DNA of 64,000 bases from Savitreella phatthalungensis. Taxonomy: Eukaryota. How positions within the stretch are numbered: position 1 is the first letter of the stretch; every line of letters starts with the position of its first letter. This document shows, one piece after another, positions 1 through 10,404 of this stretch. Under the pieces are notes generated by a model. That model saw only the letters and a list, made by a program, of their open reading frames with translations. It was not told the origin of the DNA and ran no database searches. Location: contig AP039693.1 in NCBI GenBank assembly GCA_051599415.1, positions 62,001 to 126,000 of the forward strand, given 5' to 3'. The position numbers and the translations under genes were made by a program.

Positions 1-683
1 GTACAATCTAAATCGATCTGTGCATTTCTGCAGTACTGTCAATGAAATTGTGTTTCAATCGTTAATCAAATTGGAACGCATGTAAGATGCACGCGCCAGA
101 TCCCGGTACGCGTCCTCACGCAGTGTCTCCGCATGCATATATGAATATGACTCGAGTGATACTTCCAGCTTAAGACAGAGCTCGAGCACGTGAATGATTT
201 GCCACAGCGGAACGCATTGACCCTCTTGACTGATGTTGTACCAGTATATATCTCCAGATTTGCTCAATGGCCCGCTCAAATACATGGTCAATTGATCATG
301 AGATTGCCGGCCTGACCCGATAAAAGTATACTCCCATAATAGATAGGTAGAACTTCACTCATTCCGCCCGCCGTGTTTTCAAAACGGTCATGGGGCGTAT
401 GGACCGGCCTTCATTATCACATGCTGCTGATTCGGCATTGATTCCTTATTTCACTCTCCATAACTAATCGAGCCTCCCTGGTGACCTCGTTCTCACATGC
501 TGTTCTGCGAATGGACGCTGAGACAGTGACACAGTCGCACCAAATGAAAGCAGACTCATGCGGTGGTAGGTTTGTCAAACAATCCACTTACGAGCAGCAT
601 CCAGCTGTTTTCGATATAGCTGGCTTACTGTGACTCAAAAATCTCAGCTGCGCAGGTGAGTCGCCCGAAGGTCTGCCGTGCAA

Positions 684-3600
684 CTACCATGTCAGATCCA
701 CCTGCTCTGCTTTGACAAAGCTAACCAGGTCTTCTTCATTTGCCACTAATTCGTCCTGCGCCTGCTTCCGCTTAAAGAAGACATCGCAATCCATATTTGT
801 GCACAGTATCTCTCGCTTCGACCGCATGCAGTCGTGGCATGTCTCCTCGAGTACCCGCTTTCGTGCTCTGCAAGCCGTGAATCTCTCAAGCTTTTCGTTG
901 GCCCGGGAATGAGCCTGCGAAGAGTGCTTAGCGCAAAGCTTTCGCCCCGTCTCGCATGTGTCTCCACACATGTCACAACGCGCTAGAGACTTCTTGCCTG
1001 CACTCAGAAAGGCGCCCATTACACCAGCAGACTTGACTGCGACCTTTGTCTTGACAGTGCTTTTGAATAAGGCTTCTATTTCCTTTGCCGGCAGGAACAG
1101 CTCCAGGATGCGTTGTAATGGATTATGCACTGTGTGGTCAACGTAGTATTGGTAGTCCAGCAGCAGACCCTTCTCGATAGCGTACACAGGATCCTCTGCC
1201 TTCTCAAAGCCCTTTGAGTTTGGAGCAGCTTGAATGAAAACGTAGCTGATTCGCTCTCCATCCTTGAAGACGAGGCCGGAATCACGACCGCGCATCTTGT
1301 CAATCACAGAAATGTGTGGCTGCTTGCCGCTGTAGTCCGCCGCCTCGCTACCCAGCCACAGACCCTTAGTCATGATGAAATTGCCGACGTCGAGCTCGCC
1401 ATTCAATATCTGGCCGACTGAGCCCTTGACGCTTTGCTTGACCCTCTCGATGATGACCGCCCGGTCCTCCTGACTGATCTTCTGATCTGGTCCGTTGTTA
1501 CGATCCTGTGGGAAGAGGATCTGCAGAACATCGCCAATGACCTTGCCGACAACGGGAACAGCATCTCGACGGTTGGCTTCAATGCCTTTGATATCAATCT
1601 CGCGTGGCGAATCTGCCGTCGTCCAGAGGAGGCCAGCGTAGCGCTTTCGATTCTGCAATAGAGATGGGAATAGGACCTTTTCAAACTCCAACTGAATGGG
1701 ATCGGGCCAAACCTCACTAACCTCTCGGCTGATTCGCTCCCCCATTTCGATAGCCTCCTTCACAGACTTGCCGAAAAGCTTCACGAAAACAGAGTCTGTG
1801 TCGCCGTACACAACTTCACAAACATCGCGAAGGCCTTCCGAATTGTAACGCCGTTCAATTTCCTGCTTGACGAGCTCGAGCATAGCAGCGCCTTCAGAGA
1901 TTGTCCCGTCCGCAATGGCGAGGTTCTGTAATCTTGATTCTCGTGCGCCCATAAATCCATAGACTGCATTCGCCACAACTTTCAGAGCGCGTTGACGCCC
2001 GTCGAGCACGGTCTGAAGAGACACATCCTGAGTTTGTTTCATGAGCTGTCGAACTCGCGCCCGTTCTGCCAGGAAATGCTTCAAAATCGCAGGCACGACG
2101 CCCTCTTTGACACTTCGATCCACAAAGCGGGCACCACCGAATCCTGTCCAATGAGGCTCTTCAATGGATTCGTTACCCTGCACTTCGGTAGAGAAACAAA
2201 GATTCCGAGCAATGAGAATCGATGGGTAGAGTGACTTAAAATCGAGAACAATGACGGGATTTTCGGTGTCGTAGCCCGTCTGAGGCATATAATTCAAGGC
2301 ACTCTGCGTCATCTGCTCACCACCTCGTGACCAGCCGGGGACGATAACTCCACGCTTACCACAGAAGCGAAATAGTTGGGACCAGAAGCGACGCATCTGA
2401 CCTCGAGAGACGACATCTTCGAAATTGAGACCTGTGACACGTGACAGCTCGATGTATGTAACGAGTGACGCGTGCCGACGCAGCAAATTCAAATTTGCCC
2501 AAAGCTCAGCGAAGACGTAGTCTGCAAAGCGGGTGCGCTCTCCATCATCTTTGCTGGCATACAAGGATGCGATCACCGTGTCACTCAACTTTTCCAGCTT
2601 GCGTCCGCCAATAGCTTCCGAAGTCTCGTGGAGGCTGTACGTTCGGAGACGTTCTTCGCGCTCTATCACAGTGCGCAAGTCAAGTATAAGGCGGCCGATA
2701 CAGCCCAGCTCTGTATGCTCGCGATTTGAAGTGGCAGCCTGCAATCGCCGCTCCTTTCGCAGTGATGAGCTGGTGTATATTTGCCGACATTTCGTTTTCA
2801 ACGGTGTATGAGAGCAACGCGCTAGATTGATGTAGTCCTTGGGGGCGCCAAGCTCTAACGCGCGCATCATGATTGTCGGGAGAGCCTCGGATGTGATGTC
2901 GTAGCCAGAAACAACGTCTGGATCATACTCAAGCAAGATCTTGCGAAATGCCTCGAGCATAACTAGTTCGGTGGCGAAATGTATTACCCGAGCGCCTGGT
3001 GTGATGTCGAGGCTTGTTGCGAAATCGCCTCCATGCACCAGCATCAAAGACTGATCATCGTCAGAAGCTGTCAGAGGACTCGTTGTGAGTCCCAGACTGA
3101 TGGCTGCCACGAAAGGACCTGGTCGAGAAGTAGCCATCTTCTTTGGTGATGCTGTGATCTTTGACGTCTTCCCTTTTTTCGTTGTTGCCGACTCTGTTGA
3201 CCCGTTCTTCGCTGCAGGCTTGATCGGACCCGAAGGGTCCACAGTCAAGGCTGTCACGATCATACATCGCATCGGCGCAAGCTTCGACCACTCGGCAGTC
3301 TTCTCGTCGTTCGTTTCATTGGAATTTGGGGAGAGACCGATAAGTTTGCTGAAATCACGACATTCGAAAACACCAGACACCCGCTCGTGCGGTGCTATCG
3401 AAGGCAGTCTTTTGTATGCTCCTGACGGAACTTTGACCCAGCCGCATCCCACCAGACCTAGATCGGTCATGAAGCGCATGTCGTACGACAAACCAGTCTC
3501 ATACACCTGGCTTGAATAGAGCTTACCGGCATTGAAGAGTGTGATAAGCTTGGCGAGCTCATCGCCTTTTGACAGCACATTGGCGATTGGATTAATATCT

Positions 3601-4010
3601 GTTGGCTTTTCGACAAAAATCTGGACGTATCGCTGATACCGCTCCGGGTTACGACGATAGTATTCCAGCGGCTCTCTCTCGACGAAGCGCAATTCCGATA
3701 TGGCAACCGGCGTTTTGACATTAGACTCGATCCCTGAACGTAGCACATCGAGATCTGCCTCGGAGAAGTTCTCAGTCACCGGGAAGTAGATGTATTGTCG
3801 AAAGCCGCGCACAAGCAAGATTAGCGAGTGACCATCCTCCGATAGCCCATGCAGTCGAATCAGTGATGCATCACTATCTGCTTTGTCCTTCGATGCATCT
3901 TCGCATTCAAGCAATTGGAACACGAGATCTTGGGAATGCGCATCATGTTCCCATGATGGACGCGCAAAGTTGTTGAAGTCAACATCATCTCTCTTACGCT
4001 TCATGGTCAT
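684..4010 (-). CDS. Family B DNA polymerase, diverged Pol delta catalytic-subunit-like, predicted exonuclease-dead
   Basis: Intronless 1108-aa ORF. Motif A VLDFKSLYPS, motif B RQRALKVVANAVYG, motif C YGDTDS. Delta-type segments LEFEKVLFPSLLQNRKRYAGLLWT and KQPH...AEDPVY...YY. C-terminal CysA-like (CDMC...CAKH) and CysB-like (CHDC...CTNMDC) motifs. N-terminal KRKR NLS-like stretch. Confidence 0.9.
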   Translation of the reverse strand: MTMKRKRDDVDFNNFARPSWEHDAHSQDLVFQLLECEDASKDKADSDASLIRLHGLSEDGHSLILLVRGFRQYIYFPVTENFSEADLDVLRSGIESNVKTPVAISELRFVEREPLEYYRRNPERYQRYVQIFVEKPTDINPIANVLSKGDELAKLITLFNAGKLYSSQVYETGLSYDMRFMTDLGLVGCGWVKVPSGAYKRLPSIAPHERVSGVFECRDFSKLIGLSPNSNETNDEKTAEWSKLAPMRCMIVTALTVDPSGPIKPAAKNGSTESATTKKGKTSKITASPKKMATSRPGPFVAAISLGLTTSPLTASDDDQSLMLVHGGDFATSLDITPGARVIHFATELVMLEAFRKILLEYDPDVVSGYDITSEALPTIMMRALELGAPKDYINLARCSHTPLKTKCRQIYTSSSLRKERRLQAATSNREHTELGCIGRLILDLRTVIEREERLRTYSLHETSEAIGGRKLEKLSDTVIASLYASKDDGERTRFADYVFAELWANLNLLRRHASLVTYIELSRVTGLNFEDVVSRGQMRRFWSQLFRFCGKRGVIVPGWSRGGEQMTQSALNYMPQTGYDTENPVIVLDFKSLYPSILIARNLCFSTEVQGNESIEEPHWTGFGGARFVDRSVKEGVVPAILKHFLAERARVRQLMKQTQDVSLQTVLDGRQRALKVVANAVYGFMGARESRLQNLAIADGTISEGAAMLELVKQEIERRYNSEGLRDVCEVVYGDTDSVFVKLFGKSVKEAIEMGERISREVSEVWPDPIQLEFEKVLFPSLLQNRKRYAGLLWTTADSPREIDIKGIEANRRDAVPVVGKVIGDVLQILFPQDRNNGPDQKISQEDRAVIIERVKQSVKGSVGQILNGELDVGNFIMTKGLWLGSEAADYSGKQPHISVIDKMRGRDSGLVFKDGERISYVFIQAAPNSKGFEKAEDPVYAIEKGLLLDYQYYVDHTVHNPLQRILELFLPAKEIEALFKSTVKTKVAVKSAGVMGAFLSAGKKSLARCDMCGDTCETGRKLCAKHSSQAHSRANEKLERFTACRARKRVLEETCHDCMRSKREILCTNMDCDVFFKRKQAQDELVANEEDLVSFVKAEQVDLTW

Positions 4011-4236
4011 GCCAGATAGTGCTTTTTGCTGTCATCGTTTGACAAATCCCGGAGCCCCCGAGTTCCGACCTCGCACGTTACTGATGAGACCTAGTTTGGG
4101 CCGACGTCATAAACCAATTTAGCTCTCGGAGCATGCACTGCATGTGGACATAATTAATTGATCAGAACCATGCATGCGTTTCTTCATACGTACGTACGTT
4201 TGTCCCGCTTCGCTGCCGCAGCAACGACACGTTGAA

Positions 4237-5043
4237 CTAATTTAGAGTCTCTTTGTCATAGTCAATGTTGTGCTTCGCGTCCCTGCAAGTGCTGCTGCCA
4301 GTACTTGTGCTACCTCCGCGACAGATGCCTGACGTCGGCCGCCAGAGGAGGCTAGGCAATTCTTCCACTACTGCACCATCCTCATCCCTGATGATGGTAG
4401 GTACGTTCAGGTCTTCGAAACCGACATGCATATAGACGGGATAGCCGGCCTCGGAGGATTCAAGGAAGAGTGGCAGTCCTCTTGACATCCCGTGCTCGAG
4501 CATTGCCTTGCCTACTCCGCGACCCTGTGCTTCGGGCCTGACAGCAAGCCAGGAGACGTAGGTGAATGTGCCTACGGGTGGCTCGAGCTGTTTAAGAATG
4601 GGAAAGTTCGAGCGCAGAACTGCTCCAATCAGGTGGTACCGCTGTAATGCGACAGCATTGCGTTTGCAGGCAGCCTTGCCTCGCAATGTATCGTGGAAAA
4701 AGTCTATCGTGGACTGCCACCACGCGTGGCAAGAACGCAGAAGCCGTTCAAAGAGCGATCGCTGCACTGGACTAGCAGTTCTACCATCAGCGAAAACGGT
4801 AGTGAATTGACAGTAACCCGCGAACGGGAGATCGGGCAATTCTGCCACAAGAAATTCAGTTTCTCCCCTGATGATATCCAATCGCTGAGATCGCGCGAAT
4901 TTGCGTTTGAAAGACTCGTGATCGGCGCCCTCGAGCCACCATCTATTCAAATGTGAATCACCGAAAGCGTCGTACCAGGCTTGCGTAACATCCTGGGCAT
5001 CTGTTGGTCGAGCCGCACGCAATTTGACCCCAGACGATGTCAT
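4237..5043 (-). CDS. GNAT-family N-acetyltransferase
   Basis: N-terminal LRAARPTD; acetyl-CoA-binding motif LAVRPEAQGRGVG; LESSEAGYPVY..VGF, typical of fungal GNATs. Confidence 0.85.
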   Translation of the reverse strand: MTSSGVKLRAARPTDAQDVTQAWYDAFGDSHLNRWWLEGADHESFKRKFARSQRLDIIRGETEFLVAELPDLPFAGYCQFTTVFADGRTASPVQRSLFERLLRSCHAWWQSTIDFFHDTLRGKAACKRNAVALQRYHLIGAVLRSNFPILKQLEPPVGTFTYVSWLAVRPEAQGRGVGKAMLEHGMSRGLPLFLESSEAGYPVYMHVGFEDLNVPTIIRDEDGAVVEELPSLLWRPTSGICRGGSTSTGSSTCRDAKHNIDYDKETLN

Positions 5044-7543
5044 GATGACTTTCGTCTGCGGACGGATGAAGAAGCTCGAGATTGATTGTGACTCGTCGCT
5101 ACGAGATCAAGGGACCGGCCAGATGAGACGTTGCTCCGGCGTGCGTGCGTGACCTGTCTGAAGTCCGGCGATGCTGACTCTTCCGGAACGTATGCGTGCA
5201 CGAAATCGGGTGTGAGATTGTGCTGACCAGAGCAAGAGACTTTGCTTGTACACGGTATTCTTGTACTTGTGCAGCTTACTTTACACGTCGTCGTCGGCTA
5301 GTCGACATCGAGCGATAGACTTGGGTGCCCGACTCGCTTTCGAGCGAGTGCCTGACTGCGGCGACATCCGCACGTCATGTCAGGCGAGATAGCATTTGAT
5401 GGATACGCGCCTGTTGCCTGTGTCTGGAAGAGCGGGTGCACTGCACTTCATTTCAGTGGGCCACGGAGAATGCTCTTCTGGCAGTCGAGAGTTGCTCGAC
5501 CAAGGTATTCTCATCATGCCATTGGTCGGGGATATCAATGGGCCGTGGAGATGTAACCGTTCGTGCGGTGACCTGAGTGAGATATTGACAGGTCCGTCCG
5601 ACCTGCCATTATTACCACGCCTCAGACTTGTATTCCTCCTTCCCGCACAGGCAGACAGCTCGTCGAGACCCAATTGGCAGATTAATATAAATCACAACGA
5701 AATGATCTGACCTTCGCCAAACTGGGCCGAATCTCGTAAGGGTGTCAGTTCTAGACTTTTTGTCTAGTTATGAAGGTGACAAAAGCGCTGGACGGGTTTA
5801 CGCCTAATTCAGCATTCTAAACGCTCGCTGAAGCTGCCATTCCCAGCGATGCTTTTCAACGCAGCCTCTGAGTTTTCTCTCTAAGAGATTGGAGTGATGC
5901 TTGCCGGGCAAGTAATCAAATACACATCAGATTGACCGACCAAAAGTTAGATTCGCATGCTCTGTTGCTGCACTTGACACGATCCATCGCAGACCTGAAT
6001 ACCTAGTCTCGTCCGTAAGTGAACCCCACCACAAGAATGATGAATTTTGAAACCAGCCAACGAGCATGACTTGAACGTGTGTTCGTGACGTATCTATCGG
6101 AGCCTATGCATGTCGTGCTGTATAGCGTTTGAAGAGCGACATTGGCGTGCTCGAAGATTGAGGATTCTGAACGCTATTGCGCTCGTGCATGCAAAACCTG
6201 TCTGACATCATCTGATGCGAATTTGAGTGCATGATCCTTAGCTCATTATACACCCTACAAATGTTGTGATCTTGCGCAACTGAGAATATGTGCTTTGGAG
6301 CATTGTGAGTAGAGTCGATTGGAATGAAACGCTGCTTAGGCAATTCATTCGTATTGACCCATCAAATTGTTGTCCGCCAGTTTACGTGTTTCCTTATAGT
6401 AGGGCATAGTAGGGCAAGCTTTGGTCGATCATCACCGGTCAGATGAGTAAGACAGACGCCATGGTTCCAAATCTCCGGTTTTACGTACGTCTTGTCAAAC
6501 GCCTAAAGGTTACGAACATTGTCAACCGTACAGGTTCTGCAAGACTACGACTGTGAAGATTGAATTATTGACTCAGGTCTCTCTCCTTGATGAGCTTCAG
6601 TTGCGAGGAAGGTGCATTCATCTGCCTGACCGTTTATCTCAAACCAATCAACCAATCGATTTCACGTTGGTATTTTGGTGCTCAGAGTTCTATCAACTTA
6701 GACACGATTGGGGAGAGAGACCAATCAGAAGAATGCTCAGGAAGAAGAATTTCGCCCGTCAGCGGTCCATTTGACTGTCAGCAGCCTGATGGCTACACAG
6801 CGCCAGCCAAAACATTAGTGATGTAAGCTGGGAAGGGACGAAGAACCATAAAGATCTGAAGAACAATGGCACGGACCTCCTAAGAGATACGACGCTGCAT
6901 ACTGTGTGCCTTTTGGAAGAGAAGCAGGGATCCTGGAGAGCAGGAAGGGACTAGATTTTCTCCATGAGAGCTTTAGAATGGGATCGTCCTGACGTTTGAA
7001 GGAGATTTTGGCTCCATTGTCTTCTTACAAGCCAATGTGAAGTCAGGTAGACAAATGGCGGTTTTTACGTGGCTTACCAAGGTCTTGTTTCTCCGCATTC
7101 AAGTTCATCTGATGTCGTTTTGACAGCATGAGCGGACATGAAGTCGATCATCCATTGTATACAAGCTTTATTCGTCACGCGCTGTCATTGGCCAAGATTA
7201 CCCAAAGGTGCCCTTGTTCTGTTTCAGAAGATGCGCAGTCCGTCTATGCTTGACGACGACGACAACAGAACGCTTTGTCTGTGCATGAGCATTGATGCGA
7301 CCCAGCTTCATCTTACATGCAGTCTCCATGCGTGATCGAATGGTCGATATCTGTATGTGCTGTCTGTAAGATCAAGGACCGATGTCTCCTTATCCGGCTC
7401 GCTTATATGATGGCTTGAGTGACAGCAGTTCTCTCACATGGCTTTGGTTGCAAATCTCTCGAGCACCTTTCTCGGTGGGGCAACATGACGTGCTCTCTTG
7501 TATATGAGTATCGTGCTCGCCCCGGAGAATTGCACATTCACCA

Positions 7544-8809
7544 ATGACTTTGTACCATCCTGATCGCGACACGACAGCGCGAAAGATGCCGTCGATGCCG
7601 CCTATCAAAACACCAACGAAGGCGTATGTCTGCAACTGGTCAACTTGTGGGAAGGCCTTCTCGCGCCGTAGTGATCTCGCTCGTCACAATAGGATTCACA
7701 CAAATGAGCGGCCATTCACGTGCCCATTTGATTTTTGTGGCAAGAGTTTCATCCAACGAAGCGCGCTCACAGTCCATATTCGAACACATACGGGAGAGCG
7801 ACCCCACCAATGTCAAGCAGCTGGCTGCGGCAAGACATTCAGCGACTCGTCTTCCCTTGCTCGTCATCGTCGCATTCACTCCGGTAAACGCCCGTATGTG
7901 TGCACGATGCCGAACTGTCGCCGCAGCTTTTGCCGCAAAACTACTTTGACCAAACATCTCAACAGAGCTCATCAGCGCATCTTGCCGCTTGTGGTGAAGC
8001 GCGAGAGATCAGACGATTCAATGGAAAGCGATGATGATGATGACGATGAAGAAGGTGAGGATGATGAGCAGGACTATCGACAGCCTTGCACACCGGACAC
8101 CTTCGGAAGCTCACTCATGTCACGCACTTGGAGTGGCGCCACAAGCAACGTGGAGAGCAATTCCGGCATCGCGACTCCCCCTAGTTCAACGAGGTCGACT
8201 ATGCGTCATCCTCAGAGAGAGTCGCAGAATATGTCTGTCCTGCCGTTAGGGAGCAACGTCTCTAGGGTCAGTGACATCTACAGTCAACCGACACTGCATG
8301 GAAACGACTACTCGCTGTTTTGCGTGCAGCAGCACAATCAGCAACAGTATCGACAGCAGCATGTGATCCACGCGCATGAGCAACACGACGCACTCCAACT
8401 CCAGCCAAGACAGCATATGGTGACAAATACTCCGGTTGGTCAGCCTGAATATTTCGTTTGCTCTCCGCAGAGTATGGGCAGATCACTAAGCGAGCTAGGA
8501 ACACCTTCCACCATGGGCAGTTTCGCCTCTCACGTGAAGACCAATCACTATCTGCCAGCTTGGCAACCCAGTAGCTCCATCGTTCAGGCATCACGACGCC
8601 TTCAGGCCGCCGTCAGCTCGCCGAGTGCCTTGAATTTTTTCGAAGTGAGCTCACCGACCCAACAGTTGTACTACCTGAGATCTGAGGGTCGTGCAGACCT
8701 GAACGTGTCGGGCCTTTTGCCTTCATCGCCTGAACAAGGGCGCATCATTACACCTTCAGTCCATCGTCGCCTTCACGAAGATTGCGACAACGCAAGCCAA
8801 ATTGACTGA
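7544..8809 (+). CDS. C2H2 zinc-finger transcription factor (4 fingers)
   Basis: Four CxxxxC...HxxxH fingers with TNERP/TGERP/SGKRP linkers, then an acidic D/E tract and a Q/H/S-rich tail. Start may be the second Met (MPSMPP). Confidence 0.9.
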   Translation: MTLYHPDRDTTARKMPSMPPIKTPTKAYVCNWSTCGKAFSRRSDLARHNRIHTNERPFTCPFDFCGKSFIQRSALTVHIRTHTGERPHQCQAAGCGKTFSDSSSLARHRRIHSGKRPYVCTMPNCRRSFCRKTTLTKHLNRAHQRILPLVVKRERSDDSMESDDDDDDEEGEDDEQDYRQPCTPDTFGSSLMSRTWSGATSNVESNSGIATPPSSTRSTMRHPQRESQNMSVLPLGSNVSRVSDIYSQPTLHGNDYSLFCVQQHNQQQYRQQHVIHAHEQHDALQLQPRQHMVTNTPVGQPEYFVCSPQSMGRSLSELGTPSTMGSFASHVKTNHYLPAWQPSSSIVQASRRLQAAVSSPSALNFFEVSSPTQQLYYLRSEGRADLNVSGLLPSSPEQGRIITPSVHRRLHEDCDNASQID

Positions 8810-8956
8810 TGTTAACAACCAGCAAGCAGAGGCGGGCCTCTGAAGCACGAGCATCTCGTTTCATTCATCTCGTTTAGCAAAGCGCAGCATACTTCAAGGA
8901 CATCGAATCAGGTTCAGTCAAGCGTGTGCAATCCAAATTGCTGAATGCTTACTTGA

Positions 8957-9352
8957 TTACTTGCGGGTCTCACTCGACCATCCGTCCAGGTTGTTGACGA
9001 TGGGCGTCCTACCGGAACGGACTATCACCCATTCGAGCTCCTCGTCCCCCTCGTTGATTTCCTGGTGCTCCGCATGTGCTGGAATTAGAGCAAAATCCCC
9101 AGGTTTTAAAGTCACCTCTTTGCTGCCATCAGCGAATTTGACCTTGCCAATGCCTTTGACGGCGTAGATGATCGTGTCTAGCTCTCCATGGGTATGAATA
9201 GCGGAGCTTGAGTGCGGCTCGGCAAGCATAATTGACGAGCAAAGCTTGTCGCTGACATTGACCAGTGCGGCTTTACGCGTCATGCCTTCCGATTGACCTG
9301 TTTCTGCCTTGCCGACATCGTGAGCAGGCAGGTGCAAGACCGGTGCGGGCAT
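8957..9352 (-). CDS. Cupin-domain protein
   Basis: Cupin motifs IHTHGELDTIIYAVKG and LKPGDFALIPAHAEHQE. ATG at 9352 (MPAPVLHL) preferred over the ORF-track upstream start. Confidence 0.8.
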   Translation of the reverse strand: MPAPVLHLPAHDVGKAETGQSEGMTRKAALVNVSDKLCSSIMLAEPHSSSAIHTHGELDTIIYAVKGIGKVKFADGSKEVTLKPGDFALIPAHAEHQEINEGDEELEWVIVRSGRTPIVNNLDGWSSETRK

Positions 9353-10404
9353 CCCCGGTTTCTGACAGGCGCGAACGACTCGATAGCTAGGAATGCAGGC
9401 GATAGTCAAAGAAATCAGTCTCGTTGAGTGTGTGAACGAGGCACTCACAAAGGCCGTGCACGCGAGACAGATCCGTATCCATGAAATATGTGTACAATCT
9501 GGACTACCAGTGATCTGAGTAAGAAAATGACGTCGCCGTTTACGAGTATAAGCCAACATTGTTCAAAATTCTCAAGTCTAGTACACGTGATCGGGCCACT
9601 CTTTTTTAAGCCACTTCAGCGTTGTGGACTTATCATGAGGTGGCTTCAACTGTATATGTCTGAATCCAGCTTGTCAGTCATGTTGTGGCCGATGTAATGT
9701 CCAGCTTCCTGAGGTTCCAGTCTAGGTCCTGTATTCTCTGGTAGCACGGCATTCACGCAATGCATAATATTTATTTGGTGCTCTATGAAATGAGAATTCA
9801 TGTCCTTGATTGAGAAATTTGACGGGAATTTGAAGGAAAGTGATGCACGCACTTTACGCGATCCACTTCTACTGTTCCGACCAATTCCATGTAAACTGTC
9901 TTTCTTGAACCTCGCTCCGATTCCTGCCGTATTGGTCCAATTGAGCTGAGTGACCTTGAATCCAAGTACTGGAGAAGGAGGGAAACGCAACGCGCAAGGC
10001 AAAGAGGGAACGAGGCAGGATACAGAGATCGATATGCATTCGCGGTCAGATCGAAGAATCAGCGTTTCATCTAAAAAATCATCCGGATCAATTGTCGTCT
10101 TCGGACTTCCTAATCTGCCCAGAGGTCATCCATTGTCTCTACCTCCACACTCACCCGGTCTAGCCAGCCCGGGACCGAACAGGGATACGCACAGCGGCAC
10201 TGGAGCACACCACACGATGCTGTCAGCCGACCTTACATCTATCCGACAGTAACTCCTCCGAATTGACTTGTGAACGATAGAGAAGCTGAAGTCTTTGCGA
10301 AGCCAGATCAATTGCTCGGCGTCCATCGTCTCTTTCCGAAGAGACCAAGCTAGTAGCACATAAGATCATCATCAGTCGTTGTTCAAACCTCACACTTAAG
10401 CAGA

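Noticed and set aside
55..291. 78-aa minus-strand ORF at the window start
   Set aside because: No recognisable motif and no convincing upstream exon or start context.
684..4010. Calling the polymerase Rev3 (Pol zeta) or viral/transposon-borne
   Set aside because: PVIVLDFKSLYPS is zeta-like, but motif B, thumb and N-terminal segments follow Pol delta. There is no large Rev3-type insert and no flanking terminal repeats, integrase or capsid genes. A phylogeny is still needed.
6396..6415. ATAGTAGGGC x2 (similarly AGATGAATCGGT x2 at 15502..15525)
   Set aside because: Two-copy micro-duplications with no spacer array or flanked element.
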